Notes under the pieces: model-generated | Databases searched by the model: none | Told to the model about the DNA's origin: nothing | What the model saw: the letters and a program-made list of their open reading frames with translations, nothing else | Position numbers and translations under genes: made by a program | Shown here: piece after piece, positions 15,033 to 22,458 of the stretch | Position numbering within the stretch: position 1 is the first letter of the stretch | Layout: each line of letters starts with the position of its first letter | Assembly (NCBI GenBank): GCA_001816385.1 | Contig: MHBW01000006.1 | Span: 1-24,000, forward strand | Length of the DNA: 24,000 nt | DNA from: Candidatus Blackburnbacteria bacterium RIFCSPHIGHO2_01_FULL_43_15b | GTDB lineage: Bacteria; Patescibacteriota; Microgenomatia; UBA8517; UBA10165 | Direction of reading: 5' to 3'

Positions 15033-17990
15033 TTAATGGGTTTTGCGCCGAACGTCCAGGATAGTCGTGGCTGCGATGGTCAATAAAAGAAACACGAAAC
15101 CGGCAAATTCGAGATATTGGGGTAGATAAATTATTACCAGCTTACTGCCTGTAGGATTGTCTACTCTCCACCCGTTTTCCCAGTTGTTTACTAAAAAGTG
15201 GCTGGTCACCTTTTTACCAATAAATGGCGCAAGGTATAGTGGAGCAGAGGTTTCATACATCTGCCAGCCAGAGTTAAAGCCTTGAGACAAAACTATAGTT
15301 TTTGGCAATTGATCTTTTAAATTAACAACATAAGTTGCCTGGTTAGGATGTTTTGTTTCCAGAGCTTGTGTTTGAACCTGATTATTCTGTTCGTCTCCAA
15401 AATGTATTCCGGCCAAATATTTATAAGGGAATGTATATACATTAACGCTACCCAAATCGTTAATAGTTAAATCATTGCCCGTGGAACGATTTTCAATGTG
15501 CAGAGTATAGCCTACGCCATCATCTTCCATGGGAGGCTGGATTAAATAGGTTGTTTTTAAGTTGTTTGTTTTTGGTAAATAAACTTCTATATCCGCTTTC
15601 CTGCTTATTGGGTTTTCCAGCCAAAAAAACAAAGGTTGGCCTTTGCTGTTTTTGCTCTCGAGAGAGATTATGTAGGCAAAGTTATGCTGCAGATTAGGCA
15701 GCCAAACCGACAGGCCGCAGACGGCCCCTTTACTTTTCATCTCCAGAACATTTTTACCGTCAATAGTGACAGCTTTTGCACCGCTTTTATCGGGATCTTT
15801 ATCTGTGCAGTATTTGTTTTGCTGAGTAGTTTCTAAATCTATAGAGGCCGAAAAGTAGCCGGAAACTTTTGGAAAATTCACCTCAAGTTTGTTGTTCGAA
15901 ACTCGGGGCCGGGGCCCAAGATAGGCAACATTTCTTAAATCTTTCGGATCGGGTAAAGGCAATTCTTGGCTTTCATCGGGGAAAACAGGTGAGGCAGCAT
16001 TTGCCGGAACATTTGCAGAAATAGTATATGTATCAGTACTTTCAGAAATCTCAAAACTTTGGTCTCTAAAAGACCTGAAAGGGTAATAGTAGTTTTCTCC
16101 GGAAGAATAATGGCTGTTATGAGAAAATGTTTTATCTTCAAAAGCATAAACATGCTTTGGTCCTGCGCTGGGCAGGTTGTCGGCTGCAAAAACGAAGTTG
16201 TTAATTTGTGTGTCTAAATTAACTTTGTAGATGTCAATATTTCCGTATTGTTGGACAAGGGTTGCTTTGCCGGATTTTTCTAAAAGACCTTTCAACTCAT
16301 CGGTGTAAAGCGTTTTTTGGTTAATGGAACTGAAAACGTTTTTATCAACCAAAAGCCAGTTAACCTGGTATTTTTCTAAAACCTGGGATAAAGTTTGAGG
16401 CTTTTTTGAATAAAGCGCATAATTTAATTCCGAATAATAACCTTCGTTGTAATTGCTCCAGGGATCAAACGCGCGGTCTAAAATTGGCTGATTTATTCCG
16501 TACCACAAAAATCCTGAGCCTTCGTATCCCCACCAGTAATAATTCCAGCTCCAAAAAGTATATTGCGGAAAGTTGGCAATTCGGGTATTTTGATCTTGAT
16601 TTTTGAAAAAATCAAAAACTTGGAAATATTCTTGGGGGATTTTGCTTTGTTCCCGGACCCAAAACAACTTGCCGGTATATACAGGGAATAGGTACGTGAT
16701 TAACAAGAACAAGATAGCTCCTAGTGAAAGTCTTTTAAATAGTTTTCGCGAAGCGAGCTGAACTAAGCTTAAGCCTCCCACACCAAGGAGTAGTGAATAG
16801 GCCAATGAGGCTAATATCGAGAATTTGGTGAAGGGAAAACGAAAAGCCTCTGTGAAAAACGGAAGACTATTCCTGAAAAGTGTCACAATCCAGGAAAAAG
16901 GAGGAGTGCTAACCATAAGCATGGTGAAGGCAAAAATAAAGAGTGCAGCAGCCGTGATTTGCAAGCGGTTACGGCTTTTGAGGGCGGAATACAACCCAAA
17001 AATTATTAAACCGAAAGTTATCCATCCGGCTGCCTGGAAGGGCAAAGAGTACGAATAATCGCGCCAGTTTGCCATTAAATAACCTGTATTTCCTGAAAGG
17101 TTAATATCTGTGCGGTCAAACCACAAGCCCCGAAGCAGTGCTACATTTTGGATGTTCCCAAAGTTTTTATTTTCCAAAAAGACAGTTTGGGAGGACATTT
17201 GATTAATTTTGGCTGCCGGAACAACGGAAGCATTGGTGAAAGTAAAGTAGAGAAAAGGTAAAAGCCAGAATGAGTTTACGAGAACTGTGGACACGAAAAT
17301 CGTGGCCACGTTAAGTAATGCCTGTAAATTTTTTTGGTAGACAATGTGCACTAAGCTCAAAAGGCCCAAGGCTAAAAGTGTGACCAAAAATAATGTAGGA
17401 ACGTAATAGGAGGGTGTAGCGGCCAGAGAAACTAACATAAAGACCAATAAACTTTTCCAAGACTTGACAGACAGAAACCGCAATGCTGACCAGACGATCC
17501 AGGGTAAAAATGCAAAGTGAGCTGTAAAAGTTTCAAATGGGATGTAAAAAACCTGCAGAGTTGATAAGTTAAAGATATAAAAAATACCGGCGGTAGTGGC
17601 AGCTAACCTTTTAGGAAAGCTTGCCTCTTTGCCGGCAGAAAGAGTGGTTATAGAAAGTTGGTATGCCCCCAGGCCCCCAACAAGCAAACATAAAAAGGTC
17701 CAGGTGTACCTAAGAAGGTTTTGCGGAAGGATCAGGGATAAAATAAAAATGTATATCTGGTGTAACAAGCCGGCAGCATGACCCATTCCTCCAAGCAGTC
17801 CTACTCCCTGATATTCCTGCCAAACGGCAAAAATGGACCGCTTGATATTCATCCAAAAGTTAAACTCCGGATGTAAATTATCCCAGCCGGTCAAATAAGC
17901 TCCGCTTTTAAAGTTAGTGATATATAAAGCCGTGACAAGCGCAAAGATAATTAATTGCGGAAAATACAAAGAGGCTTTCTTATTGATCAT
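15033..17990 (-). CDS. Large polytopic membrane protein, GT-C-fold glycosyltransferase-like (AftD/YfhO-like), with a big extracytoplasmic C-terminal region
   Basis: 985 aa. About 12 or more N-terminal TM helices, with a first-loop GWDNLHPEFNFWMNIKRSIFAVWQEYQGVG segment resembling the Asp-containing loop of GT-C enzymes. A ~500-aa soluble region follows, then a final C-terminal TM helix. The family assignment is from pattern memory, not a search. Confidence 0.8.
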   Translation of the reverse strand: MINKKASLYFPQLIIFALVTALYITNFKSGAYLTGWDNLHPEFNFWMNIKRSIFAVWQEYQGVGLLGGMGHAAGLLHQIYIFILSLILPQNLLRYTWTFLCLLVGGLGAYQLSITTLSAGKEASFPKRLAATTAGIFYIFNLSTLQVFYIPFETFTAHFAFLPWIVWSALRFLSVKSWKSLLVFMLVSLAATPSYYVPTLFLVTLLALGLLSLVHIVYQKNLQALLNVATIFVSTVLVNSFWLLPFLYFTFTNASVVPAAKINQMSSQTVFLENKNFGNIQNVALLRGLWFDRTDINLSGNTGYLMANWRDYSYSLPFQAAGWITFGLIIFGLYSALKSRNRLQITAAALFIFAFTMLMVSTPPFSWIVTLFRNSLPFFTEAFRFPFTKFSILASLAYSLLLGVGGLSLVQLASRKLFKRLSLGAILFLLITYLFPVYTGKLFWVREQSKIPQEYFQVFDFFKNQDQNTRIANFPQYTFWSWNYYWWGYEGSGFLWYGINQPILDRAFDPWSNYNEGYYSELNYALYSKKPQTLSQVLEKYQVNWLLVDKNVFSSINQKTLYTDELKGLLEKSGKATLVQQYGNIDIYKVNLDTQINNFVFAADNLPSAGPKHVYAFEDKTFSHNSHYSSGENYYYPFRSFRDQSFEISESTDTYTISANVPANAASPVFPDESQELPLPDPKDLRNVAYLGPRPRVSNNKLEVNFPKVSGYFSASIDLETTQQNKYCTDKDPDKSGAKAVTIDGKNVLEMKSKGAVCGLSVWLPNLQHNFAYIISLESKNSKGQPLFFWLENPISRKADIEVYLPKTNNLKTTYLIQPPMEDDGVGYTLHIENRSTGNDLTINDLGSVNVYTFPYKYLAGIHFGDEQNNQVQTQALETKHPNQATYVVNLKDQLPKTIVLSQGFNSGWQMYETSAPLYLAPFIGKKVTSHFLVNNWENGWRVDNPTGSKLVIIYLPQYLEFAGFVFLLLTIAATTILDVRRKTH

Positions 17991-17997
17991 GGGAAAG

Positions 17998-18918
17998 CTA
18001 ATTCTGGGCGCCTAAAAGGAGGAGCGCTACTTTTTTAGTATATTGTATAGGAGCCCAAATGGGTAGAGACAGAGAGAAGCGCTTAATGCCTCGCATGTGA
18101 GCATACAAAGCGTATACAGCGCTATTTGGCAAGGCCAAGACGGCTAGAGCCTGCGCTAGGCATACGAAGACGCCCTTAAAAGTGGGTTTGTAGCCATATT
18201 TGGCGACAGCTCGAATTCTTACCTTAAGCGTCAAAAGAAAGCTTCTTTTGGGGTTCTTCATAGAAGATGAAGCCCGGTAAACGCGGTATTGCAAGACAAA
18301 GTCGGGAAGATTGGCAAATTGACCATTTCTAAAAAGCTTGAAAAGCATATCAAGATCGTCAACTGGATGAAGTTGACTATCAAGCTTAAGTGAGTCTTGT
18401 GACGCCAGCTTTCTGCGAATCATTATGGTTGGATTTTGAACAGACATGGAAGTAAACATCATTTTATAGATGTCTTGATGAGTTTTAGGATTGAGTTTTT
18501 CTCCTGTTATTTTGCCTTCCTCGTTTATAACCAAACATTGGCCGCCAACAAGGACTATTTTGGGATGAGTTTGAAGATAGCGGACTTGCTTTTCAATTCT
18601 TTCGCTAAGCATAATATCGTCTGCGTCCATGCGGGCGATATATTCTCCTCGAGCGGCAGATAAGGCTTTATTGGCTGTGTAGCCAATTCCACGATTTTTA
18701 TCATTGACAAAGACCTTGATCCTACGGTCGCTCAAGGCGTATTCGCGCAAGATCTTTAATGACTTATCGATAGAGCCGTCGTTAACGCAAATGACCTCAA
18801 AATTGTTATAAGTTTGCCCCAGGATGCTGTCCAAGCAGGCACGAAGATAGCCTTCGGCGCTGTAGACCGGAAGCAAAATGGAGACTAGGGGTTGGCTTGA
18901 GACAGTGTGCTTGTTCAT
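17998..18918 (-). CDS. Family 2 glycosyltransferase
   Basis: VSILLPVYSAEGYLRACLDSILGQTYNNFEVICVNDGSIDKS followed by ARMDADDI (DxD). Classic GT2_A. Confidence 0.9.
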   Translation of the reverse strand: MNKHTVSSQPLVSILLPVYSAEGYLRACLDSILGQTYNNFEVICVNDGSIDKSLKILREYALSDRRIKVFVNDKNRGIGYTANKALSAARGEYIARMDADDIMLSERIEKQVRYLQTHPKIVLVGGQCLVINEEGKITGEKLNPKTHQDIYKMMFTSMSVQNPTIMIRRKLASQDSLKLDSQLHPVDDLDMLFKLFRNGQFANLPDFVLQYRVYRASSSMKNPKRSFLLTLKVRIRAVAKYGYKPTFKGVFVCLAQALAVLALPNSAVYALYAHMRGIKRFSLSLPIWAPIQYTKKVALLLLGAQN

Positions 18919-18929
18919 GGTTTTAAGGT

Positions 18930-19016
18930 GTCATTCCGTGCCTGACCTTTCGTCATTCCGTGCTTGACACGGAATCTATATCAGTTTTTTGGATTCCTGC
19001 TTTCGCAGGAATGACA
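18930..19016. repeat. Cluster of hairpin repeats: one truncated half-unit plus one complete composite GTCATTCC...GGAATGACA element
   Basis: gtcattccgtgcctgac (18930-18946, partial), then gtcattccgtgcttgacacggaatctata (18952-18980) and ggattcctgctttcgcaggaatgaca (18991-19016). The cluster abuts the left edge of the high-GC segment. Confidence 0.8.
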
Positions 19017-19039
19017 AAATGACTCGTTTATTGAAAAAA

Positions 19040-19053
19040 TAAATTGTAAATTA
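19040..19053 (+). repeat. Left copy of the direct repeat bracketing the high-GC segment (TAAATTGTAAATTA)
   Basis: It matches 21631-21645 (TAAATTGTAGAATTA) at 14 positions with a single 1-nt indel. It sits exactly at the AT-rich to GC-rich transition. Confidence 0.6.
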
Positions 19054-19056
19054 AAG

Positions 19057-19130
19057 GGGAGGCAGGAGAGAATCTTGGGGCAATTGTCACTTGCGTGACG
19101 AATTGTCAACCAATATCTCTCCCACCTCCC
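19057..19130 (-). terminator. Two-tier hairpin followed by a T-rich tract, a candidate intrinsic terminator of the islet genes
   Basis: The outer arms gggaggcaggagaga (19057-19071) and tctctcccacctccc (19116-19130) pair at 13 of 15 positions. The inner stem caattgtcac/gtgac(g)aattg lies at 19081-19105. On the minus strand it is followed by ctttaatttacaatttatttttt, 22 nt after the stop of the 19152 ORF. Confidence 0.45.
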
Positions 19131-19151
19131 GGGGCATAGGGAAGGGTATGT

Positions 19152-20369
19152 CTACCCGCAGGAAACCAAGTGATCCTTCTGGATCTCCTGGGGGAACGGC
19201 ATCCGCCCGATGACGCCGCCCGAGACACTACCCGAGTTGGGAGCGCTTGCGTAGAAGCACATCCCCACTGGGTTTGGTGCACCATCCACCCTAATGAACG
19301 CGCCGAACACGGTCTCGCCCTTGTCGAAATTGACTTGGGCGTCACCCGTGCCGGTGAACCGCACTGGCCTGCCAGTAGGCGCAATGACGCCTCCGGTTGC
19401 GGGTTGCGGCGTGGCCGTGGGAGCGGGGGGTGCCTGGGCAGAGGCCAGGAATGGCTTGCCGCCGCGGGACTGGATCAGCTGCTCGTCGTGCGCCTTCTTC
19501 CAAAGGAGCGCAGCATGAGTCCAGTCACCAGCGGCTTGTTTCAGATACCCCTCCTGCGCATCCCCGGCCTGGCCGAAAAGGTGCTGCCCGTCCAGCGAGT
19601 AGCTGGTTGGTTCGAGAAGCTTGTAGCCCTCGAACACCTCCGGCTGAAGGGCCATCGTGGTAGAGCAGACTACCACGAATCCGTCCGTGATGGCCACGAT
19701 GTTGTTGCCCTCGTGGAAGGTTTGGCGAACCTTGCCTTCCATTCCGTCGATCGCCCAGCCGAACGCCAGCCCGATCTCGCCAGGAAGGACGAGAAAGCCG
19801 ATCGTTTTGGTCTCGCCCTTTTGAGTTTCCGTACCCCAGCGGCACTGCGAGAGATCGCGGTTGAGCATGACGTTGCTGACAGCGACGAACTGCGACTGTG
19901 CGGAAGCCGGGGACGATTCGGGCGCGGCTGTCTGGTCGGAAGCCGGTGCGGAGGCGTCGGTTGCTACAGCTGGCAGGTCGAGATAGCCGACGTACCGGCC
20001 GGTTTTGCCTGCGTGGTTGACCACCGCGTCGAGCGATGCCCCCTCGCAGAAGAAACCGGAGCTGACCTCGAACCCGAGGGGAAACGGTTCGGCGGTGTCG
20101 TTCTTCAAGACGATCCAGACCGGCTCGTTGTTGGGGCCAGCACGCCCATTGAGCGCGCCTCCCGCAACGACCGCGAAACGGCCTGGGAAGAGCGCTTGGA
20201 AAAGCGTCTCCGTCTGCCCGGCACCGGTGGCACCGTAGTTGGTGCACGTGTCAAAGGGGCGAAGGTCGTTGATCCCTACAGCGTGTGCGGGGATCGGAAC
20301 GGTGCCGATCAACATGGCGAGCGCCATAACGACGGCCGAGAGCTTGTGCAAGTGCTTCGTGTAGTTCAT
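19152..20369 (-). CDS. Hypothetical secreted three-module protein (islet ORF C)
   Basis: ORF 19152..20417. I prefer the ATG at 20369 (MNYTKHLHKLSAVVMALAMLIGTVPIPAHA-VG is a signal peptide with an AHA cleavage site), with GAGG 7 nt upstream. Three globular segments are separated by Ala/Pro/Ser/Thr-rich linkers (ATDASAPASDQTAAPESSPASAQ and ASAQAPPAPTATPQPATGG). I recognise no family. Confidence 0.75.
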   Translation of the reverse strand: MNYTKHLHKLSAVVMALAMLIGTVPIPAHAVGINDLRPFDTCTNYGATGAGQTETLFQALFPGRFAVVAGGALNGRAGPNNEPVWIVLKNDTAEPFPLGFEVSSGFFCEGASLDAVVNHAGKTGRYVGYLDLPAVATDASAPASDQTAAPESSPASAQSQFVAVSNVMLNRDLSQCRWGTETQKGETKTIGFLVLPGEIGLAFGWAIDGMEGKVRQTFHEGNNIVAITDGFVVVCSTTMALQPEVFEGYKLLEPTSYSLDGQHLFGQAGDAQEGYLKQAAGDWTHAALLWKKAHDEQLIQSRGGKPFLASAQAPPAPTATPQPATGGVIAPTGRPVRFTGTGDAQVNFDKGETVFGAFIRVDGAPNPVGMCFYASAPNSGSVSGGVIGRMPFPQEIQKDHLVSCG

Positions 20370-20397
20370 CTTTTTCCCTCTTCTGCACTTTGCAGAA

Positions 20398-20456
20398 ACA
20401 AAAAGGTGGTGCTCCAACTAGCCTCGGCAAGACTGCCAAAGTTTTGTCGAAGCACC
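20398..20456 (-). terminator. Weak terminator-like stem plus T-run between islet ORF B and ORF C
   Basis: On the minus strand, GGTGCTTC...GGAGCACC (7 of 8 bp, enclosing the inner hairpin ggca-gtct-tgcc) is followed by accTTTTTgTTTc. A separate perfect 7-bp hairpin ttctgca-ctt-tgcagaa (20381-20397) lies just before the ORF C ribosome-binding site. Confidence 0.3.
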
Positions 20457-20467
20457 TCTGTGCTGCT

Positions 20468-21136
20468 CTACCCGATGCGTTCCAGCTTCCTGGAACCTGG
20501 GTCGTATCGGTACCGGACGCCTCGAGACGTACGCCCTGAGGCTTTCTCGAAGCCGGTAACACGGTCTTGCCAGGCCCAGTCAACCCATTCTGTTGGAACG
20601 AAGCCCAGCTGTCCGTCTGTAACGACGAACTCTGCTTCCTCAAACGGGCACAGGATCTCGACGATCCCGGGGTTGCTGGAGAACAGGTTATTCCCTGCCA
20701 TCGCCAGGCTGACCGCATCTCCGAAGAAACGCCATCCGCCGGTTTGGCAGGATGCCTTAACCTTCGCCTGGAAGGGGACCCCCTGCATCAGCGGGCTTTG
20801 CGGCTTGCCTGTCTGCCAGGGCCCGTACCAACGCCGCGCACCGCCATCGAAGTTGTAGACCACCGTGTCAAGGATGGCTACGCCGATTTCACTGGCGGGT
20901 GCAGGTCCTGCCGGCGCATTCACGGGCGGTATGTCGACGTAGACCGTGCTTGGTGCCGGCGTAGCCGCGGGCGGGGCAGCGGTCGGCTGAGCGCCAGGAG
21001 CAGCCGTGGGGGACGCGACGCCTCTGCCGGGCGCAGGCCCAACGATGGGCTGTGTCCCCGGGATGGGAACGCCGCACTGTGCCAGAGCAACCGCCAGTAG
21101 AGCGACTACCCCGATCACTGCCAGGATGGTGCGCAT
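20468..21136 (-). CDS. Hypothetical secreted protein with a Pro/Ala-rich linker (islet ORF B)
   Basis: MRTILAVIGVVALLAVALAQCG is a signal peptide (ALA-Q cleavage, or a non-canonical lipobox with Cys21). A ~60-aa Pro/Ala-rich tract follows, then a ~140-aa Trp-rich globular domain. AGGAGG lies 5 nt upstream of the ATG. I recognise no family. Confidence 0.75.
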   Translation of the reverse strand: MRTILAVIGVVALLAVALAQCGVPIPGTQPIVGPAPGRGVASPTAAPGAQPTAAPPAATPAPSTVYVDIPPVNAPAGPAPASEIGVAILDTVVYNFDGGARRWYGPWQTGKPQSPLMQGVPFQAKVKASCQTGGWRFFGDAVSLAMAGNNLFSSNPGIVEILCPFEEAEFVVTDGQLGFVPTEWVDWAWQDRVTGFEKASGRTSRGVRYRYDPGSRKLERIG

Positions 21137-21152
21137 TTCTTCCTCCTAATCC

Positions 21153-21500
21153 CTAGTGCTTCTTGAGCCAGTCCCAGGCGTTCCTGAGACTGTCACGAAC
21201 ATCGTCCGCTGCTGCCGTTGTTCGGGTGGTCTCCTCCCTCACTTCCCTTACGGTTGTCCGTGTGGGACGTTTCGGAAGGGGGACACCAGCCCTGGTCATT
21301 TCGCCGGCGAGCTCCGTGCGCAGGCGCTTGGCCTCCGCGAGTTCTTCCTCGAGCCGGTTGACATCTTCGTCAGCCGCGAGGTACGCCTCCTGCATTTGAA
21401 TGCGGCGGCGCTCTCGGGCTTCACGAAGCTTGTTCAGCCGGTCACGCGGAGATTCGGCGTCAACGACTTCCGGGTCTTCGGGTGTGCCTGAACCTACCAT
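21153..21500 (-). CDS. Hypothetical small charged coiled-coil protein (islet ORF A)
   Basis: 115 aa, Glu/Arg-rich, with a heptad-like segment (RLNKLREARERRRIQMQEAYLAADEDVNRLEEELAEAKRLRTELAGEM). No signal peptide or TM helix. AGGAGG lies 8 nt upstream of the ATG. Its stop is 16 nt before the ORF B start. Confidence 0.65.
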   Translation of the reverse strand: MVGSGTPEDPEVVDAESPRDRLNKLREARERRRIQMQEAYLAADEDVNRLEEELAEAKRLRTELAGEMTRAGVPLPKRPTRTTVREVREETTRTTAAADDVRDSLRNAWDWLKKH

Positions 21501-21630
21501 TTTCTGTACCTCCTATTTTCCCTATGCCTTTGTTAAAGATCTTGTTCTACACTCAAGACTTTCGTCGAGCGCCCTGTCCAATTAAGGATGGGGAAGACGG
21601 TTGTGAAGTATACAGCCGTTTTCTCCGGCC

Positions 21631-21645
21631 TAAATTGTAGAATTA
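21631..21645 (+). repeat. Right copy of the direct repeat bracketing the high-GC segment (TAAATTGTAGAATTA)
   Basis: It matches 19040-19053. Its last 3 nt (tta, 21643-21645) are the reverse-complement stop codon of the DUF11-like gene. Confidence 0.6.
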
Positions 21646-22293
21646 TTTACCTATTCTTTTAACGCGGGCAAGTTTGTTGCCAATGAGTCCGAATAGACCT
21701 GAAGAAATTAAAATTGCGGCTGCCCCCTCTGCTCCGGCTTTTGGAAGTTCACGGGCGACCTTTTTCTCCACACAAACTTGTGTCGTATCACGGTCAACCT
21801 CATTTCCCGATTGAGCAACAGATGTGTTCACGTCACAAATAACGGTTTTGTCAGAAGGGAGCTTGTCAACATTAACAACCTTAGCTTTTAACTCTTTTTG
21901 AACAGAATCGCCTACTTTTAATGTATCAATTTGGAAAGAGTAGGGTTCGCCTGCAATTTGCTCCAAAAAGCTGGGCAAAGTATCAGTGACCTGAATGTTG
22001 GTCAATGTGTTATCACCAGTATTTTTGATCGTAATTCTAAATTTAACTTCGTCTTGAGGAGCAAAATTATGTCTTGTTGCCTCATCTAAAGTTATGTTGT
22101 CAACGAATTTGTTTACTTTGGGGTTAGGATTGAAGACTTCTTTGTTTACCTGTAGTTTATCAACGCTGACGCAAACTTGTCCATATTGTCCGCCATATTG
22201 GGCAACGCAAGAAACAGCGCCCACGACTGGGTTTGATGTAAGGGCAAGAGTTGTGGCGGCGGAAATTGTGGCGACTGCCAGCTTTTTATTCAT
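21643..22293 (-). CDS. Sortase-substrate surface protein with a DUF11-like repeat domain and a C-terminal LPKAG sorting signal
   Basis: Signal peptide MNKKLAVATISAATTLALTSNPVVGA. DUF11-like strand pattern FRITIKNTGDNTLTNIQVTDTLP. The C-terminus has LPKAG, then a hydrophobic stretch (AEGAAAILISSGLFGLIG), then a basic tail (NKLARVKRIGK). Confidence 0.85.
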   Translation of the reverse strand: MNKKLAVATISAATTLALTSNPVVGAVSCVAQYGGQYGQVCVSVDKLQVNKEVFNPNPKVNKFVDNITLDEATRHNFAPQDEVKFRITIKNTGDNTLTNIQVTDTLPSFLEQIAGEPYSFQIDTLKVGDSVQKELKAKVVNVDKLPSDKTVICDVNTSVAQSGNEVDRDTTQVCVEKKVARELPKAGAEGAAAILISSGLFGLIGNKLARVKRIGK

Positions 22294-22364
22294 ATAAAAG
22301 AAATTAAGAATTTCTCTTCAACTGTGTATAAAAGAAAGCTTACTTTCTCTTCAACTGCGTATAA
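22294..22364. repeat. Tandem 33-34-nt direct repeat (2 units plus a partial third) abutting the DUF11-like gene start
   Basis: Unit 1 is ataaaagaaattaagaatttctcttcaactgtgt (22294-22327). Unit 2 is ataaaagaaagcttactttctcttcaactgcgt (22328-22360), followed by ataa. On the minus strand each unit carries TTGAAG (-35-like) and TTATAC (-10-like). A third copy lies inside ileS (6011-6049). Confidence 0.75.
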
Positions 22365-22458
22365 GTATTCTTATAGACAATCAAGAAAGTATGACTAAAT
22401 TGGCAGGAAATATAGTTATGGGACGGATTATAGCAGCACAATATTGATCTGTCAAGTA

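Larger units (their letters stand above)
19054..21630 (-). other. Compositionally foreign high-GC islet carrying three ORFs and no mobility gene
   Basis: Hand counts give 45/60 GC for 19381-19440 and 37/60 for 20101-20160, against 25/60 for 18001-18060 in the flank. Long ORFs appear on both strands, a high-GC signature. AGGAGG ribosome-binding sites are present, unlike the flanking genes. It is bracketed by 14/15-nt direct repeats. Confidence 0.8.

Noticed and set aside
13990-19016. The hairpin repeats as a CRISPR array
   Set aside because: The units are scattered singly or in pairs across several intergenic regions with irregular spacing. Their stem sequences vary. There are no uniform repeat-spacer periodicity and no cas genes.
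19525-20718. Alternative-frame minus-strand ORFs 19525-20247 (240 aa) and 20251-20718 (155 aa), plus other 60-180-aa ORFs in 19100-21500
   Set aside because: They overlap the better-supported frames. They are Arg-rich and lack start signals. They are consistent with the stop-codon scarcity of GC-rich sequence rather than with genes.
19170-20858. A 562-aa ORF on the plus strand, the longest ORF in the high-GC segment
   Set aside because: It is antisense to two minus-strand ORFs that have signal peptides, ribosome-binding sites and sensible domain/linker organisation. Its translation is Arg/Gly/Pro-rich low-complexity sequence (RRGRGSGGCLGRGQ...) with no start context. This is the usual shadow ORF seen in high-GC DNA.
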